NCBI GenBank assembly: GCA_010405405.1
Contig: MU004238.1
Location: 135,530 to 199,529, forward strand
Length of the DNA stretch: 64,000 nt
Direction: 5' to 3'
Source of the DNA: Microthyrium microscopicum
Lineage: Eukaryota
The notes beneath the pieces are model-generated. The model made no database searches and was not told where the DNA came from. It worked only from the letters and a program-made list of their open reading frames with translations. Position numbers and translations under genes: made by a program. Shown here in pieces: positions 13,044-23,983 of the stretch (within the stretch, counting starts at the first letter, position 1; every line of letters begins with the position of its first letter).

Positions 13044-14675
13044 TTAACGACCACCAATCTGGCCCTTAGGCACAGGTCGAATCCAGCAAACGGCAAGGTT
13101 AAGTACAATGGCAATAATGCCAAATATCCAAATACTCTTGCCATAGTGTAAGCCGTTGTATCGGAAAATGATAGCCCCAATGATACCACCGAGATTACCG
13201 GAAGCACCTGTGAAGCCAGATACAACACCATTGGCATACGGATGAACATGTGGTACGAGACCGAAGTTGGCGCCATTTCCTGCTTCGAGCTGTGAAATTG
13301 TTAGAAGTGGTTCGGTGGGAGAATAGAAGTATGACTTACGAAGAAAGCTAGACCGGCGATGAGACCGACCATAGTTGAGCGATTATGTGAATCCGTGGCG
13401 CCGATGATGATCATGAACATGCCCATAAGGACTCCCATGACGTGAACGAGGATCTTCTTGGACCAGACCTTTCCTCCGGTGAACTTGTAGAGAGCGTCAG
13501 ACATCATACCTCCCATTGGTCGGAACACAACGTTGAGTAGACCAAACATGGCAGCCCAATCTCCAGAGCCGCTTTGGCCGAGTTTGGGGAAGTTCTTGAG
13601 ATAGTATGCGCCTAGGATGGAGTTGATGGCTAGCTCGGCACCGAATGAGCAGAAGTAGCAAGCCATAAGTGTAAGGGTTTGTGGAGATAATGCAATCTGA
13701 ACAATCTCTTTGAATGTTGGAGACATGACTACTTCGTGAGAATATTCGGTATCAACTGCAACAACTTCGCCAGTTCCATGCTCAACGTCGCTGGTGCTAT
13801 CGTTCTTCTTATCGTCGAGAACTAGTGGTGGTCCATGTGCGTGATGAGCTTCTCCAAGACCAGTATGTGGGATGATGCGGCCAGCTTCGTGCTCAGCGCG
13901 GAGGTTGGCCTCGACTGCGGCATGGCGGTCCTTCCACTTGCCAACGGGGGTATCTGGGGTAAGGAGAAGCATGAGGATAGCGGTTCCGACAATCATGCCG
14001 AAGGGAACGAAGAAAGCCATTCTCCATGCCTTGTGCTTGGTCATGCCATAATGGTTGACAAACGTATCAAAGATAGCGGGCATAACGAAGTAGGTGATTC
14101 CACCGCCGGCATTACCAAAGCCACCGGTGATGGAATTGGCGGTACCGACAATGTTCTTGTCGAAGAAACCGGTAGACCAAACTTGGCAAGGAACGAATGA
14201 ACCTCCGAGGATTCCGACGAAGAATCGCAACACGATGAGCCCGGCAGCATTCTTGATCGCAAAGGCAAAGGCTGTAGGGACTGCTCCAGCAAGTAGGACT
14301 CCAGCAAATACGAGACGAGGACCAAACTTGTCGCAAAGTGGACCAGCGATGCAACGAACGAGAAGAGTAGCAACTAATGCAAGAATGTTGGAGTTGGCGA
14401 TTTGCGCTTGTGTCAACTTCAAGTCGGCTTTGATGGTTTCGCCAATCAGTGGTGACCATGCATACCTGACGATTATTAGTATTTTGGAGGTCGTAGTTTT
14501 GGAGTTGCGGTTTCAAAGCATACCATGAGAGGAAAGCCACCATGAATCCCCACCAGGAGAAGAAAAATACTCGTCCGTAAACATTAAAGGGGTTAAGAAT
14601 AGGAATGGATCGAGCCTTTTTGGTGATTGGGTTGACCTGTGGGGCCTTGAAAAGGACTGCTGGATTGAAGCCCAT
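13044..14675 (-). CDS. nrtA: High-affinity nitrate transporter (NNP family, MFS)
   Basis: [24 protein letters not shown]; nitrate signatures GGFGNAGGG and [16 protein letters not shown]; introns ~14523-14467 and 13340-13290; ends [14 protein letters not shown] at 13044. Confidence 0.97.
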
Positions 14676-14753
14676 GTTGATAGATAGACTTCAGTTGAAG
14701 TTCGTCTTGCGATTGGGTTTGATATTCCGAAAACACAGTAAAGGTTTGGGAAT

Positions 14754-15155
14754 TGATAAGCCCTTGGAATGATTGTTGGGTTGCGAGATAGGAGACTGAT
14801 GTCTGAGAGGCAGGGACGGTGCTTCAATCTTAATATACAAAGTGATACTCAACGCGTATATCTCAAATTCAACGACACCCTCATCGAACGTCACACCTCC
14901 GCGGCTTAAACCTTATTCATTGGCTAGATCAGACGCTGAGGCGTAGGAATCGACTCTGGATTCTCGGGTTCGATCGGCGGATTGCATGGCCAGCAAGCCC
15001 CGTTCAAGACAGTTCCAATTACACGCGTGAGCTGGGCCAGGATGAAGAGGATTTGGTACGACTTCTCAGAGATAGAGATATGGTACAGCGTTGTTGTTCT
15101 TTCTCCGAGTCTCCGCGGTCGTCGAAATTGGATTTGGTTGGACGGAACCTTATCT
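14754..15155. promoter_or_regulatory. Nitrate-inducible upstream region: two NirA-type CTCCGCGG sites and several HGATAR (AreA-type) sites
   Basis: CTCCGCGG at 14897-14904 and 15111-15118 (NirA consensus CTCCGHGG); TGATAA 14754, AGATAG 14786 and 15070, TTATCT 15150; all directly upstream of the nrtA ATG. Confidence 0.75.
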
Positions 15156-17935
15156 CTACTCTGCAGGCTAGTCGCTCTAACCTTGTTGAGCCACGCCATA
15201 TTTTCGTTGTGGAGTTTACACTAAGGCCGAAAAGGGATGGCTTCGAGATCCTGTTGGAGCCGCTGGTCTGGCACCCCCACACCAGTGAGCCTCAACCGGA
15301 AATGCAAGGGCAGATCTGTACATCTCGAGAGGCAGATGTTGAGCTTCTCAACTCCAAGTTTCAAGTTCTAGATCTTGAAAATGAACAAAAATGAAACTGG
15401 AATTAGGAACAGCAGCTCAGTTCGGCCGGCTAATCAGGCCAACGAGGCATTATTTGAGATGCACATACGGCATGGCTGTCACTAGAAGTTCATTTGCAAG
15501 TTCTAGGAAGTTGGAGAGAATGGAAATTTGGAACGCGAAGGTGCTTCAGGCTCGGAAACCTCCAGTAGTCAGAACTTGTGGTGTGAAAGGTAGTCAACCA
15601 CTGAATTGGCACTGATCAGCGGCATTCCTATCGCTGGAAAATTGAAGATTTGAGCGCCTGTTCCTATATCATCTCAATGTTAGCTTATATGAAGTCTTGA
15701 GTCTTGACAGACTACATATAGCCTTATCGAAAGGCTCTTGAAAGTCGAATGTAGTGGTCATTGACTCACTGTAGATCCAAAAGTATCCTACAAGACTTGC
15801 CTGGGCTCTGGACCAATGATACCTCCAGGGACTCATTCTGGAGAGAAAAGCCACCATTCCAAAGTTGGTGGGCCAGAACGTCGAGGCTACGACCTGCGTC
15901 TATCAACGCTAGGCTAGTTCTCCCGGAGATGTCCTGTGAGATTCTTGAGTCAGGCCCCCAACTTCGTCTTAAACCCTCAGTCTCTTGGGCAGTAGAAGCA
16001 ATAAAACATGGGTATTGACTATTTGAGTTATTCGAGTCTCGCATCTCCGTTTGGAGGTCAAGACTTCGATCATAGCTGACTTGTGCACCATGAATGTTCA
16101 AAACCCCTGGATGGGCCCAAGGACTTTGTATGATCGATTGATGATAAGCTGGAGGAATCAATCCAATAGCGTTAAACAGGCAAGGAGTACGATGCTGGAC
16201 TAGAAGGTGATTGCCTTGGGCCCTGGACAATGGATCGACAGCAACCTGGTGCTTGGATCGCCTTGATATTGCGCATCTGTGCATGTGTTTTTGTCGTCAT
16301 TCTAAAAATTGGACACCCTCGTCTCCCCAGACTTTATTCCGACCCAAAGAGGTGGTCTGAGGCATGCATGATGTTACTCTTTGGTTGGCCTGCAAGAGCC
16401 GTGTTGATAAGAAGGGACGATGTGATTGGTGGTTGCTTCGACATTCAATGTAAAGACGAATTCGCAGGGCTGATGAATAGTATGTTTGGCTGATGTATGC
16501 TACATTCCTGGTATAAGCTAATGCGAACTGAAGGTCAAGTTTCGATTGCTATGAAGTAGAAGCTTGAGCGAAGTAGGTACTCCATGGAGCTGCATGGACA
16601 AATCGACTTGATCTCGTCCGATGGGTCGGGAATCTTTCTGATACAGCATTAGTGACATATGAACACGATTATATGCATTCATTTTGCTTTCCATTATAAT
16701 TCCATAATGCTTGACCAATAAGGTATGATAGAGGAGAAGGAAAAGGCACGAGGAAAATGTAGACACCTTCAGGTAAGAACCATATCTGTTGAGAACCAAA
16801 GACGATAGATCTTGTTGAAAATAAGATACTCAGTACACACCATCAATGAACTTACCATACTCCTCCTATGTATAATTGTGGGATCCAGTGTGGTTGTGCG
16901 ATGGATTGGCCAATGAGGCTGAAGCCATTTTGTGACTCACATGCTCCTATCATACCTTCCTAAAGCGGCAGTCGACGTTTGTCACCAAAATCATACTCAG
17001 AGATGCGTCAATGAAGCTTCCAGATAACTATGGAAAGTCGAACATGACAGTACTGAGCCCGAATGGAGGAATTGTCGTATACTCGAAAGGTCTGAGACCA
17101 CGAAGTCAAATGTCGTGGAAAATGGCTCATTTAAGTAAACGGGCAGCGGGCCGGCACGCAATGACGGCCCATGGACACTCCCAAACACATGGATATTTTC
17201 TCCCATTTCGAGCTTGATCACCACGTTTTTTCAACCGAATTTGGGAAGCTACGAGGGTATTGTGGTTTTCGTTAGGTAATTGCAAACCGCCGATTGGAGG
17301 CCTTGACATACTATTTCGACTGGCACCACTTGCGGCACCAAAAGACTGGCATTTATGGCCGGATACTTGTTTACATCACTAAGGGAATCCTGTCAATAAT
17401 CGTGTTGTTAGACAAGGCTTTTATGCTGTACCTCCTGAAAAATATCGCGTCATGAATCGCATTTTGACACGATTGACACGAAATTGAGACCCGTCATACT
17501 TTGTGTTGAACTAAAGTAGATCTTCTCGATTTCCATATTATTTACTTCCAATTTGATGGTCCAAACTGCCAACTTCTTAACATCCTAAACTGCCTTCTCA
17601 GATTCATGCTCATCCAAATTCAACTTCGCATGTCCCATCTAAAATCTCGATATATCATCAACCTTGCCAATCCCCCACTCACACAACATGTAGATACAAT
17701 GACATCAATACAGACGCTGTAGGCCAATATGACACCCTTTCAAAGTCCAACACAAAGCAGTCAACTCCTTATACTTCCAAATTCAAATTCGTCCATTTCC
17801 AATCTCCATGCCCACCAAACGCAATCATACCTACACGAACACAATCTCAACAATATCAATCTCCCACTTATACACCATGTAACTGGACAACACTCAAACA
17901 AAGCTGTAGGCCAACACGATACCCTATACAAAAGT

Positions 17936-19651
17936 TCAAGATCGATAAAAGTCCGCACTCTTAACATTCTGCCGACCTCCCCACCACTTCTCCACGCCCT
18001 CAGCCATATTTCCTGCATACTGACATGTAGCTCTCGTCAGATCCACGCTTCCCCAAACAGCCCATCCCAACCAGCTCGCTCGCATGGATTCTTGCTGCTT
18101 TCGCTGTACTCTCACCACATCTTTCGCTCGTCGTTCCGGTCGAGTACGCGCTCGATCAAGTTCATGCACCTGAGCCGCGTGCTTGATGACCCAGTCCGTC
18201 AGATCGCTGAGCGTGAGTCCGCCACAGAAGCCGTTCAGGTAGTTGGTGAAGATGGGCTGCTTAGCCTCATCAAGCTCTGGCTCAGACTGAATGACAGGCA
18301 GCGGGGAATGACCGAGAGGAGATGTGAAGGCGATGTAACGCGGCATGGCGAGGATCGTCTCATTGAGCTGTTTCTTCGTCGGAGCCTTGCCTTCTTTCTT
18401 GTCACCTATGGTCAGGTAGGGAGTGATAGAGAGGCGGCTCTTTATATCCTCCCAGAATCTCATCTCACGGAGTTCGCTGGTCCAGCCTTCAAAAGCCGCG
18501 TGGAATCTGCCATTGGCTCCAAAGTACTTAATGGCAGTTTTGAATGCGACGAGCTCGTCAGGAATGCTCGCACCGAGATCTGGGTAGGCGGAGAGGTAGG
18601 TATTGACGAAGTCCCACCATTGAGGTTTATTGCCAATGTACTCATGGAGATTCATGAGCTTTGAGCGCTTTTGGTGGATCATGTCATTGACCTCAGAGAC
18701 TATGTTGAAGACTTCGTCATCATCGCTCTCTGGGTATTCCACTGGTTCTGCCGGCCATGACAAAGTCGGAGCTTGCGCTTGTGGGGCGTAGATGTCTGGT
18801 TGCATTGGCGAGTCAACTCGGGCGGCGCAAGCCTTCTCTTGCACTTGATTGCCTGCTGAGCTCGCCGAGGTAACTAGTCGTTTTCGTGAGAACCATTTCA
18901 TGCTACTTGCCCATTCGAAATACTCCTCCGCAGTGTCGATTGGTTTGCCGTATGTCTTTAACCCACCGAGGCCGATGAAGTCCAGCACCTTCGCAATGTC
19001 GTTACTCAAGAAGATCAGCGGTGCTTTCTCGCCTCGCCAAATGTCTTTCGGGAACATCGAGCGTGGTATCCTGGTATAAAAACCAGACGGCTGGACCACA
19101 AAGCCCGCAGGTCTCAAGCCAAACCGAACAATATTGCTGAATGTTGTGTATGCACATGAAAATAACTTCCAGTCCAACAAATACTTCGTCGCCACATACT
19201 CCAAATCAATCTGACAAAAGTAATTCTCGAAATCACCCACATGGTTCTCATGTAATTGCTCTGGCTTACTTGTTGGCTTCGTCCCCAGGCTGACAATCTC
19301 AGGGGGAATAGGAATTCCAATATAGCAGATTTCAACGCAGTTTGCGCGGCGTCTCGTGGCACCGAGTGCTTCGGCCATGCCATGCATCAAGTCATAGATG
19401 TTGACATCTTTGTGTTCTGCGCCAATTTTGGCGAGAAAGTCGCTCTTTGGTCCAGAGACCAAGGCATCGATATCTCCAAAGTCTTCTTTCTCTGGGTGTT
19501 CTGGATACACTGCAACATGTTCAAATACCGTTGCTAGACGTTCGAGGACTATGTCTTTCATGGCGAAGTAGACGGCTTTGGGCATTCGAGGGGTGTACAG
19601 AGCTGGATGCTTGCCATCTCGGCTGCAGCTTAGAAAGGCGTTGCCTCCCAT
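17936..19651 (-). CDS. Uncharacterised intronless 571-aa protein, putative Pol beta/PolX-like nucleotidyltransferase
   Basis: MGGNAF..TPRMP..VY start; EKEDFGDIDALV (GDxD metal-binding motif), FCQIDLEYV (third Asp), FLSNDIAKVLDFIGL. Confidence 0.7.
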   Translation of the reverse strand: MGGNAFLSCSRDGKHPALYTPRMPKAVYFAMKDIVLERLATVFEHVAVYPEHPEKEDFGDIDALVSGPKSDFLAKIGAEHKDVNIYDLMHGMAEALGATRRRANCVEICYIGIPIPPEIVSLGTKPTSKPEQLHENHVGDFENYFCQIDLEYVATKYLLDWKLFSCAYTTFSNIVRFGLRPAGFVVQPSGFYTRIPRSMFPKDIWRGEKAPLIFLSNDIAKVLDFIGLGGLKTYGKPIDTAEEYFEWASSMKWFSRKRLVTSASSAGNQVQEKACAARVDSPMQPDIYAPQAQAPTLSWPAEPVEYPESDDDEVFNIVSEVNDMIHQKRSKLMNLHEYIGNKPQWWDFVNTYLSAYPDLGASIPDELVAFKTAIKYFGANGRFHAAFEGWTSELREMRFWEDIKSRLSITPYLTIGDKKEGKAPTKKQLNETILAMPRYIAFTSPLGHSPLPVIQSEPELDEAKQPIFTNYLNGFCGGLTLSDLTDWVIKHAAQVHELDRARTRPERRAKDVVRVQRKQQESMRASWLGWAVWGSVDLTRATCQYAGNMAEGVEKWWGGRQNVKSADFYRS

Positions 19652-20496
19652 TTTTGTAGTGGTGAGTTTGCTCGAGGGATCTTAAGGAGCAATAAACAAA
19701 CCTCAGGTGGTGGTGTAAGGGTATTTCGAAAGTGTAGATCAGGTTTACAGATCAACTCTAGAGCCTAAAGCCCAGATGTAGAGAAGAAGCAGAGAAGAAT
19801 TGGAAGAGAAGAGAGGTAAAGAGATCTCTGGAGTAGCACAGAGTAGTATACACGAGGAAAGAGCGATTGATACAAGAGCTTTTCAAAGGGAGCTTGGGAG
19901 GAAGATAGGCGATTGGTCTCAAATCAAACTACACAGACAGTATGGATGATTGCTTCGAAAAGTAATTGGTAGACAAACTCGGTATACGAAGACAGAGCAT
20001 TGGTGTAATGCCAATCCGAGAAATAGAGCACTGCAACCTCAATAAGTATCTGAAGTTAACAAATCAAGTGGGATAAGTAGCTCCCAGGAGTCCAGAAAGA
20101 GGAACTAAGCTTCAGGTCTGGATAGGACTGGAGGCAGTAAGGCTGGGTGTCACCTATTGTTGAAAAGCAGCCAAGACATCGCAGGCCAGATCGGACAAAG
20201 CCACGAGCAAACTTCGAGCTGAATGAATCGCTAGGATGGCAAGCTCGCATGGAACGTTGAGACATGAGAGCATTGTTAGCACTGTCGAAATTGTTAGCAA
20301 GATAATAACCTTTCGTTAGCCAAATTGCTCCTAGATGCCAAGATGAACGAAGCTCTTGAGTAAAAGGAATGACTATTTGTTCCTTCATATCGAAGGATTA
20401 CAGAACAAACTGGGAGAATTAACTACATGTTGCTGCGTTCCCAAGTCGTATCGTTAGCCATGCTCATGCATGGTAGTATTTTGCCGCCATTGCGAC

Positions 20497-22701
20497 CTAC
20501 TTTATCGCCCCCTTTCTTAGGCGAGCGTGATGGTCGCCGCTAGGACGTTTGCTATGTCCATTCATTGTTGGCACTTTTCCATTTGCCTGCGGTTGCTGGC
20601 CAGATAGCAAATTCCAGAGATCCACGATGGAGATTCGCTGGGCTGGAAGCATACTGTACTGGAGAGAGTAGAGGTTTCGCCGATGTATAGGAGGAACAAA
20701 GCGCCCGATGATGAGGCAGCCAATGACGCCCAACGAGACGTAATGCTGTCTTATCCGGTTTCCAAGCTGAAAGTACTCATGGAACATGGCTTGGAATGGG
20801 AGGGGAACTGATCGCAGATAGATGCGAGAAGTTGGGGCTGCGATGGATGAGAGTTGGTCTTTCTCGTGCTTGGTGAGTTTGGGGGTATCATGTTGTAAGT
20901 CAAAGTGTATTCCGCCTGGCAGGCGGCGCGAATCTTTAAAGCGGAGCATGAGGGCGAATAGTGGAAAGTGGTTGAGGCAGGCCAGGAGTGTGTCCAGTCC
21001 GGCTTTCAGTGTTATGATGGCCATTCGAGCACTGGCAAATGTCATGTAGAAGACAAAAACTGTTGGCAGCAGGAAGAAGAGTAGCGTGAACAGTATTGTG
21101 CCGAGCAATAGTTGATCAAGGTCGTAATCACAAGAGTCGATTCGCTTTCGAAGAACGTTGATTTTCTTTCCGCGGAAGAGCTGGAATAGTGAGCCAATAA
21201 TTGAGATTTGCCAGTTGTATATCCTGGCACTCCCAACATAAAAAGCGTAAATATGGAGGGTGAGAATCGAGGCCAGATCTGAGAAGAGGGAAATTGGCAT
21301 TGTCGCTCCAGCAAAGCTCGAGAAACCCACAAACCGAATGATCTCTGGCAAATAAGGTCGAAACATGGCCATACATCCAGCCCAGTAGTCAATGACCCAC
21401 AGAAACAAGTCGCCTAAGAATACCGCCAGCTCCGTGTTCAATTTGAGACCAGCTGGCCAGTCCGTGAGCCACACAATCATGCGTCTAAGGCCATCGATAG
21501 TCCATGCATCCAGGAAGAGATCGATTTGTGCGGCAACGAAGTCCGCATTCTCTATAACATACGACCCAAGAGCAATTCCAATAATAACATCATTGGCTAC
21601 TAGCCACAAGCTATTGTAAAACCGAATGTACTCTGGGTGATCATTGGTAATACTTTGCCACGTCCGATTTCGTTTTCGCAATGTAATGAACTGAACTGGC
21701 CAGTAACAGAACTGTTGCAGCCGGATATCAACTTGTTGAGCTGTAGCGGAAAAGTCTTTGAGTGCGGAGCGGTCTGGAAGTAATCGCCAATCCAGAACAT
21801 TAAGAAGTACCTCTGCTGCTGTCCGATGTACCATAAGTCCCATAATGAACAGTTGGTATGCAATCGGATAGATCCAGACAGTAGCTATATGCCAGAGTCC
21901 TCGAAGAATCAATACCCACAGATTGTTTGCTGACTCTACCACCCGTTCGCTGACACTCAGAGCTCGACGTTGCCTTGGTCCTATCAATTTAATGTTGCTC
22001 TGGAGGAGTGTGTTCAGCTCAGCCGAGCAATTTATTTGATGTATGACCTGTGGAAATGCATCTTCCTTGGATGTACGTGCATGCTCGACAACTGTATGTG
22101 ATCGCAGCTTTTCAACTAATGCACGTTTCCGGGCTCGTTCTCTGTCCTCTTCTGCTTCGATCTTATCCAGAGGAGGAAAGCCTTTTCCTGTGTGATGTGG
22201 CTTGCCACCTAGAGCAAGGGCAATGGGCGACAAAGACAAGTATTGCATTGACTTGGGATCTGGCCGATCGAACAAAAGCATCTGAACGGTCATAGCTCCA
22301 TTGTCTGGACAGTATAGCTTCGGAAATCGTGTCTTTGTCGAGGTAAAGGCAACCAAAGAAGAGGGATTGAAGGAACCCGTAGGTTCACGGGTAGGATTCA
22401 CGACACCGAGGACTTGAAGAGGGGATTTTCCGCATCGTTCCAGAATTCGTTGTATCGGGTATGGGCTATTTTTAAATAGCTTCTCAATGCGCAATGCTTG
22501 TTCAGCATCTCGAGCCTACATTCACATGTCAGGAGCTGGCGTTGTAAAGATATTGTCCCCACTAACCTCGACACCCTGAAGTATAGATATGACTAGAACA
22601 TCCAGCTCGGAATTCCTCCATCCTATGAGAACGCCGGGGGTAGAGGTATTAGGGACATCGGATGGCCAGAAGATACGGAACAGGCCATTGCTTGCGACCA
22701 T
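20497..22701 (-). CDS. GPI1: GPI-GlcNAc transferase component Gpi1 (PIG-Q)
   Basis: Exon 1 22701-22567 (MVASNGLFRIFWPSD..GVLIGWRNSELD), intron 22566-22516; YIRFYNSLWLVAND, WPAGLKLNTEL, LFRGKKINVLRKRIDSCDYDLDQLLLGT motifs. Confidence 0.95.
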
Positions 22702-22713
22702 GACAACATGCCG

Positions 22714-23041
22714 CTAGAGAGAGCCTCTGCGCTTTAATTGTTCTCGAGCTGACACTCCACGCGAACCGGCTCGAGGGTGCTGAATAGTATCAGCGACTCG
22801 ATAAGATCGAATTTCCATGGAAGCCTACCGTGACAGTCTCTCGCAATGCAATGCGATCGATTGGTATTATGAAAAGGAAGAAGAAGATGGAAAGGATTGC
22901 GAAGCCCTTGGCAGCGCGAGCAACAACGCCGTGATCCCAAGCAAAGATTGCAAGCTCATACAATCGCGTAACCAAGTCCCATCGAGCAGTAATGTAACCA
23001 GCAACGAAGATGCCGATAGTCAGCGTCGAGAAAGGGTGCAT
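22714..23041 (-). CDS. Small 92-aa hydrophobic protein immediately upstream of GPI1
   Basis: Exon 23041-22829 (MHPFSTLTIGIFVAGYITARWDLVTRLYELAIFAWDHGVV..RETVT), intron 22828-22780 (GTAGGC..CTGAT..CAG), exon 22779-22714 (HPRAGSRGVSAREQLKRRGSL-TAG); splice keeps frame. Confidence 0.75.
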
Positions 23042-23983
23042 GCGGATAGGACGCTACTGGTGCAGCAGAGATGGCTGAAGGGACTAGAGGGTGACGACGA
23101 TCGGTTGAAAGTTCATATTGAAGGAGCGGATTTCTGGCTGAAGGTGATAAGCAGAGGAAAGGAGCGCGAACGGGGGGCGACAGCGTGAGATAGGCGATGT
23201 ATTCGTAATGGTGATTATTCCGGTCGCGAATCATCAAGTTGGAGTTGAGAATAATGGATGCTAGTCCATTTTGGGACTAGTCTGATCTGTACTTTGATGG
23301 CCACGAGCTCCAAGATCGAGCTCCTTTTCCTTCTGGAGCCGAAAATAATGTAGTCTTGTCTTTCCGCATGCTCTATCTTGGATCTATTTGAATGGTAGTA
23401 TGTCTGAACTTTTTGCAATGCAAAGCTCAATATCGGTCATGTTGAAAGGTACTTGGTAAGATCCATCTATAGTTACATATGAAAGCACTTCGACAAGACA
23501 TTTCAGGAGAAACTGACAAAGCCGAACTCACATCAATGATGTAAGTATAAACCCATTGGAGATCCTCAATACAAAGCCACTCCTTTCTATGCCAAAGAGC
23601 TTTCCGCCAATAGAGTACCAAATTCGAAGGTTGGAGTTGTGGCGTCTGATATGCACCAGCCACATTGAGGTCGCGTTGCCTTGCATCAATGATCAGATCC
23701 ACCTCCATTCTTGCAGCTTTCACCTCCAAAACCCCTACCTGCAGCAATGAAGGGAGCCATCAGATATCTTTAACTGGACGTGATGTTTGCCGTAAGGTGC
23801 CGTCAACGATAATGTATTTTAGCTGAGGAGACTCGCATCAATTTCTTGCTATCTTTCGTTTACCCAATATCCCCAAAACACGCGAACTCCACATTTTCTA
23901 ACAACAGCTGTCCTTGAAGATCTGAGGAGAATCGGACATTTATCACAATCACATATCGCTCTTTCATTTCTGATTTCACAATC

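Noticed and set aside
17729..18664. 311-aa plus-strand ORF
   Set aside because: Mostly antisense to the 571-aa gene; no recognisable motifs
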